The position numbers were made by a program, and so were the translations under genes. From a virus (Duplodnaviria; Heunggongvirae; Uroviricota; Caudoviricetes), in the IMG/VR virus record IMGVR_UViG_3300005264_000029, positions 64,001-125,063 of that record: DNA of 61,063 bases, one strand, 5' to 3'. Each line of letters opens with the position of its first letter. Within the stretch, counting starts at the first letter, position 1. This document shows positions 37,701 to 48,025 of this stretch, one piece after another. Under the pieces are notes generated by a model. The model ran no database searches and was not told where the DNA came from. It worked only from the letters and a program-made list of their open reading frames with translations.

Positions 37701-38060
37701 CTTAATATGAATATTGAGGATAGTTTATTTATTCATGGTAGTTTGAACAAAAAAGTTAGAAAGGAATATTTTGATATACTTAAATCACCAAAACCATGTG
37801 TTGTTATTGCAACAATTAAGATTGCATCAGAAGGACTTGATGTACCAGATTTAAATATATTAATTAATGCTGCAGCTAATAAATCTGATAATAGAACAGT
37901 TCAAGCACTTGGTAGAATACTTAGAAAACATGAATCTAAGACTCAGGCCACATACATAGATTTTATAGATAAATCAAATCACGGAGCTCAACATAGTTGG
38001 CAAAGGGTAAAAGCTTTTAAAGCTCAAGGACATAAGGTAAGTATCATAGATATCAAATGA
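34731..38060 (+). CDS. PD-(D/E)XK (Cas4/RecB-like) nuclease fused to an SF2 helicase; 386-aa intein (36126-37283) with C2H2 finger and Vsr/DUF559-like nuclease
   Basis: LSFSQ, GLGVHEVLE, GYIDVLD, ILDWKTG, QLLCYA; LRDYQ, GTGGGKS, VIDE/[CLYG..VSN]/CH, GTTAT, EGLDVP, QALGRILR. Confidence 0.9.
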   Translation: MLKLSFSQIKLYKSYPLDYFYRYVQRLPEKDTETKWCDFGLGVHEVLEDYYSGKNNDYRSNTIKAYDKYKLKGRMKLEDFKKNILNGIKLAWKTTDLEEEMFVDVYDDVGFVGYIDVLDKEKHTILDWKTGTYTKDKEDDYKSQLLCYAWMYHRKYNIVPSECCLYFTKQSKLIPFTFTLEQINQFENYVKKIAQEIKYKRINHTKAEQWGHELGFFSGYHYLENLPTLKFLIEIRNSFCYLGGSTSPLLLQGLKKNFAVDHQSKFFMQKKVLERYGKTKFYDDIGTVYLFNERQKKFPLGMLNDVKQQLKEYAEYKNSKHEVTVVDLRDKKILNKKLGIMPNKLQGGIVLRDYQLNAVYAFIVNQGIGTLEIGTGGGKSFLTAEVIRRLDTPTLWIINQKELLYQTKEAFEKSLGIPIGVIGDSKIDFQNVTVATVQTLAKKVKDMNSEMLAYLAGINLVVIDECLYGNTKIRMGDGTEKTIKEIYECKEEQYVMSYNEDKQIFESKKVIRKMKNSMNDKWHSFKVKDELGDEHKIIVTDNHKIWTSDGYKQVKDLNSNDILKVYLEPIKFKCKYCDKFFTGKPYSKHILIHKNPEACSNGGKAATKILKEKLKNKKFHKKYCASIKKGISVAQKSEHYWEAYKKMGEGRRGKNNPIFNSPETILNMIKTKQKQFAAKTFDEQQKQIKRFMNSPGGQCKGPTKCEKIIMDMKIDNLEYTGNGRKIYKFNNWKGDVKKRKFKVPDFKVKNEEKVIEVGDFEYWHNKKETNEVIKNYENIGVKCLYLDEKEIFNDYELSKKKIEKFCYNHTARLIKKQKQNGFIDKEIAKYKYNIEVEDNHNYIANKILVSNCHNSSCTTYEEVFKALSNTKYRLGTTATAFREDKQERRMYALTGSIVCKIDSEELIKKGFLMKPIIKFFKVKESNVTKINYALLSTEERHSAKDSEYAREYEEGIVYNPERNEFIKEFVGKEVNSKILIIVKSIEHGELLNMNIEDSLFIHGSLNKKVRKEYFDILKSPKPCVVIATIKIASEGLDVPDLNILINAAANKSDNRTVQALGRILRKHESKTQATYIDFIDKSNHGAQHSWQRVKAFKAQGHKVSIIDIK

Positions 38061-38220
38061 ATAGACAATATATATTACAAGAGATAGCCTCTATAAAAAC
38101 AGAGTTTGAAAGAGGAAGAGAGAATAAAGATTATCTAATAGAAAAATTAGATAACATAAAAAATCATATACTAAATGAATATTGAGTACGAAGTACGAGT
38201 TATGAATGGAGTGAAGTGAA

Positions 38221-41200
38221 ATGAATAAAATACGAGAAGAAAATTTGATAGATGCTATAGTTGATTTACAAGTATTATATGAAGAAGATGGAACATTTCC
38301 ATTTATGATGTTACAATTAATTAAAGCTGAGAACGAAAAGATCGAGATGAAGAATGAAGAACTTGTTGATTCGCTTAATGAACAATGTAGAAAACTTTGG
38401 AATGAAAACGAATCAATGAAAGGTAGGTTATTTCATATGACCTATAAAAGAAAATGACAACAATAGATAGGATTAAAAACGATATTGAAGTTAGATATGG
38501 TTTGAATGTAGATTCTTATTACGAATTAGAAAATGTAATTGATGAATTGCAGAACTATAAAAATGATTGGTATAAGGAATTATGACTTGTCCTATTAACT
38601 TAAATGCTCCTGACGACTGCGAGTACTGTACTCATGGTAAGTTAGAAGATGAAACATATGAATACATATGTGAGTATCCGAAATCCAAATAAAGCGTAGA
38701 GGAAAGGAAAATGAAATTAGAAAATTTGATTAAAGAACTTAAAAAAGAAAATACATTATTTGTAATTCAAACAAGTGATGAGTTAATTCTAGATGGGTAT
38801 ATTTCATTAAAAAGATTAAAAGAGATAATAGAAAAATGAGTGAGTGTAAATTATCAAGAGAGGAACTATTAGAATATGTTTCAAATGATTTAGGTGTTCC
38901 TAAAGATAAATTAATATTTAGCCCAGTTTGTAAAAATCCATTAACAAATTTTGAGAATAAAGAATTAGGGACCGTTGACGGAGAGCTTGGGTATTATGTT
39001 GTAAAAGAGACTTTAACCAGAGGTGAAAGATAATGAAATTAGAATTTGATGAACAAAGGAAATTATTAGAGTTAGTGACTCATGACTTAGAACTTGCTAA
39101 GTTACATGTAAATGAATCAGACCATGATGAAGATTCAAAAGAACATAAAGATTTTTATAGGAAGGAAGTTAAATTACTTAAGAAGTTAATTCAAAAAATA
39201 TTAGATATAAAATGAGAATCCGAAAGCAAAGCTTTAGGTATGAATGGTGTGCAACAAAATGAGAAATAAAAGATTAGAAATGAAAATAGAAAGTCTGTGT
39301 TACGGATTAGATAAATGGATGGTTAAAAAATCAGAATGTAAATATTTGGCTAAATATAATACTGTCGAATGTGAATACATGCAAGGTACCAGATGTTATA
39401 ATATAGAAACAAACAATTCAAAAATTGATTTATATGGGTTAATTAAAAAACGATAAATGGTGACTATGAAAGAATTTGATAAACAACGAGAAGATAAACT
39501 AATAAAAGCATTTGATAAACAATTTCCTAAGATGATAGCTAAAGGCCAATGTATATATGTTGAGCCTATAGTTAAACATTTACCAAATACAATTAATAGG
39601 CTTCAAGAAAAATGGGAAGTAGAATTTAAATATGATGAAACTGGTAGTGAAATTAGATTCATGTGTCCAAAATATAAAAAATGACAAAAATAGTTAAACA
39701 AGATCAGGGAGCGATAAAATTTAAAGCGTCAGGAGAAAATTTATTTATATTAAATTGGAACGATGGAATAATTGAAGTTTGGAATAATGGAAAGAAAGAA
39801 TTGATTATTGATATGAACAAACAATAAATATATCGGTAACCGATATATTTATAAACTATTAAGTATTTATATAATTACGATGAAACAACTAAATCCAGTA
39901 ATGAAAACATTTCTATTATTAATAGCTTTTGTAGTGTTTGCTATTGGCATACAATGTATATTATAAAATGGCTAGGGGAATTAATACACGATGTATACAT
40001 GGAGAAGTTATAAGAGATAATATAGTATATTTCAAATGTGATTCCAAAAATGGTAATAGAACATATCACTATAAAGGAAAGATGTCAGCAAGGGGAATGA
40101 TAACCAATGCTGTGGGAATATCCAGAAGCAAATACTCAGAATTTGTGAGAGGAGTATCAACGGTTAATTAAAAATGAACGATATAGTACAATCATTAATA
40201 ATAATATTTGTAATATTGAATACACTTTATATAATAATTAATGGTAATAAAATTCGAGAAGTAGAAAAAATTCAAAAAGAAATCGATGATGATATTAAAA
40301 AATTTATTAAAAATATCAAAAAATAAAATATGGGAAAGAAATTTACTAAAGACGGACTAAGAGAAGAGATCATAAAGAATAATCCTGGAACAGATGTATC
40401 TGGATTAAATTATTATATAGATGATTTAAAGGAGGGTAAGAAATACTCTATGATTCAATTCCAAAGAATTGTTAATAAGAAATTATCTGCGCTTAAACAT
40501 AAGCAAGATGAATTTGGCGCTGATCATGAGATCTAAAGGAATTAAGATTAGACTATCTAAACAGCAAGCAGAGGAGTTAATAAAGATTGCCGAGGAAACA
40601 GGTTATCCTTATTCGGAGGAAAGAAAGATAGAAATAAGATTACGAAATGAATTAGGAACTTTATATTAAAAAGAGGACTTATAACAAGTTACAAGATAAA
40701 ATGGAAGAATTAAAATTAAAAATAGAATTAGATTATCGTTATATTTATAATGATTTGAAATTAGATAAATGTGATTTAGATAATATTAAAGAACTTATTA
40801 AAGATGCAATAGATGTAAAAATTAGTGAAGTGCTACTAGAACAATCTATGTGTGAGCATGCAAGTGATTTCTATCAAGCAATTACAAATACAGAAATAGT
40901 TGCAAGTACAAAACAAATAAAATGACAAAACATAAAATTGTAATAAGTATGACAATGGAATTCGAACTTGAAGGTTATGATGATTCAGAAATTAATGGTG
41001 TAGCATGCGAATATTATAAAAACCATATTGATGAAGGTGAATGGTATTTTGAAAGTATAAAAAATTTAGACACAAATAAGGAAGTATAGAAAATGAAAAC
41101 AAATAAAGAATATAATAAATTAGAATTAGAGTCTAAGAAATTAATATATCAAGAAAAACAATTAGATGAGGATATTAGTTTTCATAATGAAAAAATGAAA

Positions 41201-42788
41201 GTAGTTAAAGTGTTATTATCAAATCCTAAAATAAAAAAATTTTGTTGGACAAATGGATCCACAACGGTTTGGTCACGAAGTAAAACATGTATAGCTATAA
41301 GTCCTGTATATCCCGAAAATAAATTAGTGGATTATGTTAAGAATGAAATTGGACTACAACAAATTTCATGTCATGAATTTTTTGAGGAGAGAGAACGATG
41401 AATCAGAAATATGAGATAGGGGATAATGTTTGGATAATCAAAAATAGAAAACCTACAGAGATGATTATTGAAGCACTTAAAACATCTAATGATAAAATAA
41501 TATATTTATTTAATGCCTCTTCATGTGGTGGGTTTGAAAATGATAGATTATATAAGACAAAACGAGAGTGTGAATTATCTATTGCTGAAAGATTATCAAA
41601 TGCATCTTATAAGATAGGAGATATTATATTAGTACTTCATGACGAACATAGATATAGAAATAATATTAGAGATGTGGTAAATATAAATATTATTACTGGA
41701 GTTGATATAGATAATTGGCAAGGAATAGAATACACTATTAAATATTCATATGATACCGGTTATGATGAAACAACCGATAAGGTATCAGAAAATGAAGTAG
41801 TAAGTATAAAGAAAGATTTTATAATGGAGAACTTTGAAGTTGATGATTTAATTAGAGAACACACAATGGCTATGAAGCATATTAAAGATTTGGAAAAACA
41901 ACTTATAATAAAAACAGATAAGCTATCTAAAAAAATAAAATACAATTGGTGCTTTCAAAAGAAAAAAGAAAATATATTGTTTGGAAGAAATTTATATGAT
42001 TTAACATTTGAAAATAAATGATTGAAGTACCAGAAGGATTGATGCTATTATTGTTTGCAGCAGTGTTTGTACTACTGTGGTTGTATGTTGGAGTAAGTGT
42101 GAGATATGGAAAAAGATAAAGGATTATATGAAACATTTAAATCGCAAATAATAATATTAACCTTATTACTTGTAGGTGCTTTATGGATAACCGAAGAGTT
42201 TGATATATTTGAACCTGGATATACTATCCAAGATGTGTACGTGCATTGCTACAGAAATCCAGATACACTTATTACACATCGTGGAGATAATTGTTCTAAT
42301 GTTATGAATGTAATCTATAATGAGAATGAGAACTGGACCAGGTTTATCTATCAAGATAGATAATCCAAACGGAACGAAGTGTAGTGTAGATTTATAAACA
42401 ACGATGACTAGAATATATTAAAATGGGAAGTTATAATTATATGTTAATACATGCTTGGAAAGTAAAGATAGAAACTAAATTAGATAATAGAGGATACTCT
42501 GAATATAGTAGAGAAAAGTTTGATGATATGTTTGATAAGGATGCAATATATGATCTCGATGAATTAGAGGACACTAAATTAAAAAACCTAGGAGAAATAT
42601 CAATTGGTAATGCTTCAAGTATTTTTAAGTTAGCAAAGACTGCAATGAGATTTGATAATGAAATTAAGATGGAAGAATTATTTTGTTATTATTTAGATAT
42701 TAAGAAAATAGAATACGAGTTCATTCATGAATCTCAAGAAGAAGAATTAGAGAAATATAAGGATTATCATACTGTTGATTATTATTAA
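38221..42788 (+). other. dense run of short hypothetical ORFs (e.g. 38221-38457, 38836-39033, 39033-39215, 39244-39456, 39457-39684, 40330-40536, 40701-40925, 41093-41401, 41398-42021, 42106-42363, 42423-42788)
   Basis: ORF track; AAAATG starts and overlapping stop/start; no recognisable families. Confidence 0.65.
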
Positions 42789-42797
42789 AAATATAAA

Positions 42798-43181
42798 TTA
42801 AAGTAATTTATAAAGATCTTCGTTTTCTGATGTTAATGCTTTTCTCGCTTCTCTCTTTTCTTCTTCAATCACTTGCAAATAAAGATCAGTAATATTATCA
42901 AGGCCTGTAGCACCAGACATTAATTGTTTTAGTTCAGCTTCAACATTATGATATTCTTCAATAATATCTTGTGGTAATAATTCTTCAATATAATCTTGAT
43001 CTTCACCACACTCAGTAGTAAGTGCAACTTTAGTACCTTCTGTTTCTTTATCGTCTACTATAATATCACCATAATATAAATCACATTTATCAATATTATA
43101 TCCTATATCACTTTCAAGTTCATTAATTAAAACTTGTATTTTTTCTTCGCATTCATATATTAATGTTGAATCTTTTACCAT
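42798..43181 (-). CDS. acidic hypothetical protein, lone inverted gene
   Basis: 127-aa ORF with its own TATA, divergent from the PCNA promoter. Confidence 0.7.
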   Translation of the reverse strand: MVKDSTLIYECEEKIQVLINELESDIGYNIDKCDLYYGDIIVDDKETEGTKVALTTECGEDQDYIEELLPQDIIEEYHNVEAELKQLMSGATGLDNITDLYLQVIEEEKREARKALTSENEDLYKLL

Positions 43182-43249
43182 TGTAATTATTTAACAATAT
43201 TATAATATTTAAAGGTTTACTAGAAATATTAATACTTCCGATGGAATAA

Positions 43250-43280
43250 CGAAACCTTTATAAACACTTAAGTATTAATA
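43250..43280 (+). promoter_or_regulatory. archaeal-type promoter (BRE-TATA plus ACTTAAGT element), example of a family with more than 15 copies
   Basis: CGAAACC TTTATAAA C ACTTAAGT ATTAATAT; similar at 1445, 2785, 8490, 10965, 17645, 18870, 23900, 25385 (-) and 31031, 39841, 47650, 50998, 59541 (+). Confidence 0.75.
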
Positions 43281-43289
43281 TAATTAACA

Positions 43290-43985
43290 ATGGTATTAAA
43301 AATTAAAGCAGACATACTACTGGGTTTTTTAAGAAAAACTACAGCGAATGGATTAGTAGAGGATTGTAAGTTAAAATTTACAAAAGAAGGATTAGATATG
43401 CAACATATTAACCTTCAAAGAAATGTAATGATTCAAGGGGTATTACCAAAAGATATTTTTGATAGTTATGAAAATACTGAAATTAATATTAAGAACACTG
43501 AAACATTACTGAAAGTACTAGCAACTTTTATTGTATCATCTGATAACATGGTTAAGATTATGGATAGAAATGGTGGGATTGATTTATCACTTGCAGAGAA
43601 AGTAGAATGTTATAACGCTGAAGCAATCGCAAAAGTGAGTGATATCGAATATGATAATTCTGCAGTAATTCAAAAATCTACATTTGATGTTATTAAAAAA
43701 AGAAATGATATTATTAAATCAGAACAAATTGTCGTAGAGTTAAAAGATAAAAAAATGATATTAGCAATCGGTGATAAAATTGATAAGGCTAATGTAATTC
43801 AAGATGTTACAGTAGATGCAAATTGTAGAGTAGTATTTGAATACGATCTATTTGATAAACTATCAAAACAATTTGATGTAATGGTTGATGTATCATTAAC
43901 CGCTGAAGCAGCACCATCAAGATTTGCAGAAAATGGAGATGATTATTCTATTACATATTATTTAATGAGTAGTGAGGAAGATTAA
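43290..43985 (+). CDS. pcn: DNA sliding clamp (PCNA-like)
   Basis: 231 aa; CKLKFTKEGL.M..I....VMI...L....F..Y PCNA pattern; next to RFC. Confidence 0.75.
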   Translation: MVLKIKADILLGFLRKTTANGLVEDCKLKFTKEGLDMQHINLQRNVMIQGVLPKDIFDSYENTEINIKNTETLLKVLATFIVSSDNMVKIMDRNGGIDLSLAEKVECYNAEAIAKVSDIEYDNSAVIQKSTFDVIKKRNDIIKSEQIVVELKDKKMILAIGDKIDKANVIQDVTVDANCRVVFEYDLFDKLSKQFDVMVDVSLTAEAAPSRFAENGDDYSITYYLMSSEED

Positions 43986-44728
43986 GAATGACCAAGGTAA
44001 AAATATTTGAAGCTGAAGAAAAAGAAGAGTTAGAGAATTTAGTAAATGAATTTATTGATGGAGATTGTAAAGTTGTAGATATCAAATATACAATTTCACC
44101 AGATTATTCTGAATGTTATTCTGTTTTAATTATATATAATTAAAAATGGAATTAGAAAAATATATAAAAAAAGTAGTAGATAATTGTAAAAAGAATAATT
44201 TAGATAAGGTATCATTTGATATTAATATTTTATTACATGATGGAGATATAGTTGTAACAAATCAACCCACTAATAATAAAATAAAATTCGTGTATAATAA
44301 ACCTAAAAAATGAAGACTAAAGTATTTCAATGTAGAAAATGTGAATATGTAGGTATAACTTATAGCGCTAGATGTCCTTCATGTAATAGTGAAGAATATA
44401 AATACTACAGTCAAGAAATTAGAAGATGAAATTTACTAGAAAAGAAGCAGAGGATCAAATAGAATCAATGTTTAATATTGATATATCTGAATTAGAATCT
44501 GTAGAAATATTTCAAATTATAGGTATATTACAAAACATAGATTATGAAAATGAATAAAGCAACAGTAAACGTATATAGAAGTAATGAAACTATGAATATT
44601 CATATTTACATAGTTGATAGGATAAATAAACAATCTATAGATTTAGAATTGACAGCTAAAGAATATGGACTAATGCTTACAGGATTAGTAAACACAGATA
44701 ATTGTAATATAAAAATGAGGGAATTAAA

Positions 44729-45616
44729 ATGAAACAAATATTAAATGAAGTTTGGAGACCACAAGAATTTAAGGATGTAGTAGGAATTAGTCCAGAGATA
44801 GAAAAAATGGTAGAGTCTGGATCTATACCACATTTATTATTTCAAGGTATACAGGGGTCAGGAAAAACTACAAGTGCTAAGATAATTATTAGTAAATTAG
44901 GAGCTGAAGTATTATCATTAAACGCATCTAAGGAAAGAGGAATAGATGTCGTTAGAGATGTAATCGAACCGTTTGCAAAAAAGAAATCTGATAAATTAAA
45001 GATAGTCTTTCTTGATGAGATGGATGCTATGACTCCTATAGCGATGACTGCCCTTAGGAATTTTATGGAAACATATGCTCACTCAACAAGATTTATTGGA
45101 ACCTGTAATCATATAAATAAAATTATCCCAGCATTACAATCTAGATTCACATCATTTAAATTTGGCGGATTTACTTATGAAGATAAATGTATAAGATTAC
45201 AAAAAATAATTGCTAAGGAAAAAATAGAAATTGATGAAGATGCGGTAATTGTTTTAATGGAAAGATATAAAGATGACATCAGGAGTATGATTAATTTCTT
45301 AGAACAGAACAAAAATAAATCTATTACCAAAGACGATATCTCTTTAGAATCTAAAGCATCAGTTGTTTTATCTAAGTTGATAGATAAGAAATGGTATGAG
45401 ATCAGGCAAGAGTTAGCTAAAGACAATATTGATTATGAACAACTCCTTGAAGAAATGGATAGAACAATATTTCTACATAGTAAAATAACACTTGATAAGA
45501 AACGAGAACTTAACATGATTATAGCACAGGGCATGTTTGAAATGAATTTCTCGTTTAATAAGGAAATAGCGTTTGCAGCTATCTTAGGAAAACTACAGGG
45601 AGGATTACAATTCTAG
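44729..45616 (+). CDS. rfcS: replication factor C small subunit-like clamp loader ATPase
   Basis: WRPQ, GIQGSGKTT, LNASKERGIDVVR, FLDEMD, ALRNFME, IIPALQSR. Confidence 0.9.
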   Translation: MKQILNEVWRPQEFKDVVGISPEIEKMVESGSIPHLLFQGIQGSGKTTSAKIIISKLGAEVLSLNASKERGIDVVRDVIEPFAKKKSDKLKIVFLDEMDAMTPIAMTALRNFMETYAHSTRFIGTCNHINKIIPALQSRFTSFKFGGFTYEDKCIRLQKIIAKEKIEIDEDAVIVLMERYKDDIRSMINFLEQNKNKSITKDDISLESKASVVLSKLIDKKWYEIRQELAKDNIDYEQLLEEMDRTIFLHSKITLDKKRELNMIIAQGMFEMNFSFNKEIAFAAILGKLQGGLQF

Positions 45617-46332
45617 AAAATGGTACTAACTGAAGAACAAAAAGAATTGAGAAATACAAAGCAAGAATTAATTAACTTGAAGGATACTCATAATAGAATC
45701 AAAAATGAATTCATTGCTAATAAACAAATATGTAAATATCAAGAAGATTTAATTAATAAATTTTTAAATATATTAAACAAAAGCGATGTTAGTAAAAATC
45801 AATTTGATGATATGGATCGGTATTAAAATGAAAAAAATATTAGAAAGAATTATATTTTTACAAGGTTTTTGGCAAGGTGCACTTGGAATAGTTATGACTA
45901 TATTATTGATAGGTATATTATCAGGTATAGAAGATATTTTTGCATTAGGATTATTATTAGGATTAGCTGTAATATTACATATATTAATTATTGGAGGAAT
46001 AATGATAGTTAAAAAATGAGATGTATATTATGCAAAATGCAAACAGTATCAATTTTTAGAGAAGATGATATGGAAGAAACTTGTTGTCAGGTTTGTCAGG
46101 ATAAACATGGATCAAATACATTTAATAAGATCTATGATAAAAAGGAGAAACTCAGATGAACTGGGAAACTATAGGAATAATAGGAATGAATGCAATGTGT
46201 GTATTCATGGCTGGATTTTTCTATTGGTTATCAACCTGGAAAAATAATAAACATAGAGGAGAAGATATTGGTTTCTCAATATTTTTCTTATCATTTGCGA
46301 TAGTAGGAATAGTTATGAAATTTACATAAAAA

Positions 46333-46536
46333 ATGAAATCAAATAAAAATAGAAAAATAATAACCGCAAGTGTTACATTAGGAATGATATGTTTTGCTAT
46401 ATCAGGTGGATTACTTATAAATTATTATGGTATGAATATACTTGCAATATGTATGATTGTAATTAGTATAGTACTTATTATAATGTTACTTTATTCGTTA
46501 TACATGTTTGTTGATAGGGTATTATGGTGGACATAA
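46333..46536 (+). CDS. 2-TM membrane protein (tandem paralogue 1)
   Basis: VTLG.IC...GLLI..YG shared with the next ORF. Confidence 0.6.
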   Translation: MKSNKNRKIITASVTLGMICFAISGGLLINYYGMNILAICMIVISIVLIIMLLYSLYMFVDRVLWWT

Positions 46537-46740
46537 ATGAATAGAGATATATTAGAAAAATCAGTAACGCTTGTCGTAACACTTGGAATAATATGTTTAG
46601 TTGTAATAATAGGACTACTTATAAAAGTTTATGGAATAGAAGCGTTTGCTATATTTATTATTATACTAGCTGTACTAACAATATTAATCACATTATATAA
46701 ATTAATTGATTTAATATTATGGGGACATAAAGATGATTGA
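46537..46740 (+). CDS. 2-TM membrane protein (tandem paralogue 2)
   Basis: same pattern as the preceding ORF. Confidence 0.6.
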   Translation: MNRDILEKSVTLVVTLGIICLVVIIGLLIKVYGIEAFAIFIIILAVLTILITLYKLIDLILWGHKDD

Positions 46741-47254
46741 GTTTGAAAACTTTTTAGGAACATATAGAAAGCCAGAGATCATTGAATATAAAAAGAGTAA
46801 TGTAAATATTCTTGATGTTTTTAGAGGAGTGCAAAATGGTAAGGTACCACAAGTAGATTTATTGATTCCAATGTTCAGATGGTATAGTAATCATATCTAT
46901 AACATTCAGCAGATGCAGAATATAAATAGATACTTCTTCTGGGTTAGTAAGGAAGTCTTATCGAGACAATTAGTACTTGGGATAAACAGACATGTCAAAT
47001 TTATAAAAACTCTTCCAAAAAAGGTCGAGGGAGATTTCGATTTCATAATTCCATATATACTTAAATATTATGGATGGTCTAAAAAAGAATGGGGGCACTA
47101 TAAACAATTCTTTAATTTAGGAAGTCATGATTTACATTTAGAACTTGATAAGATATATACATTTGAAAAATCGGAATGCAGAAAGTTAGGAATTAAAAGA
47201 GATAAGATCAAAACAAAATTTGAAGGAATAAGAAAGACCAAATCTTTCTTCTAG
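46733..47254 (+). CDS. probable clamp-loader accessory subunit (T4 gp62-like)
   Basis: FRWYS...IN..F...KFIK..KK...I.KYYGWS..E pattern; ends TKSFF; between RFC and PolB. Confidence 0.5.
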   Translation: MIEFENFLGTYRKPEIIEYKKSNVNILDVFRGVQNGKVPQVDLLIPMFRWYSNHIYNIQQMQNINRYFFWVSKEVLSRQLVLGINRHVKFIKTLPKKVEGDFDFIIPYILKYYGWSKKEWGHYKQFFNLGSHDLHLELDKIYTFEKSECRKLGIKRDKIKTKFEGIRKTKSFF

Positions 47255-48025
47255 ATAAAAATGAAATTATATATAAAATGTGACAATTGTGAAAAAGAAT
47301 GCGAGTTAAATTCTGAATTATATTTTACAGGATATTTAGATGAGAGTATTGAGGTTAATGCTTATGAAATATGTTGTAGCATAAAATGTTTGGAAGAAAT
47401 TAAAAATTAAAATGAAATTATATATTGTTACAATAAAAGTAAAACATGGATTATCGCATAACCCAAGAAATAAGATTACTGGAGGATGCCCACAATTATG
47501 GGGATCTGAATGTAGTGATGTGACCGGAGAACATCATAGTTTTATTCATATCGCAGAAGATATTGATAGTGTTAAAAAACAATTAAATCATCTGCGAATA
47601 ACGAGAATTGAAGAAGCTAGATTCATGAATGGATATACAGTTGAAACAGAAAGACTTATAAATACTTAAGTGTTTATATATTCTATTACAATGAAATGGA
47701 TAGATAACTTAAGGATAAAATATGGAACAAAATATGTACTCGATGATGTGGTAGTTAAGTATAAACTATTTGATAAGAATGAACCAAAGTATTATTTAAT
47801 AGTTTTACATAATGAAGAAACAGGCAAACAGAAAATAATCAAATCTATTACAGATAGATTTTGTGATACAATGCATTGTTGGATTTGAGTGTAGTGGAAA
47901 TGAGGATTTAAAAATGAAAGAAAGCAGAGTAAAAGAATTAAGAAAGAAAGTTAGTAGATTGCAAAGTAAAGTGCAAAAATTACATTTTGATATACAGGAT
48001 ATTATGAGATATATTGATAGAGACG

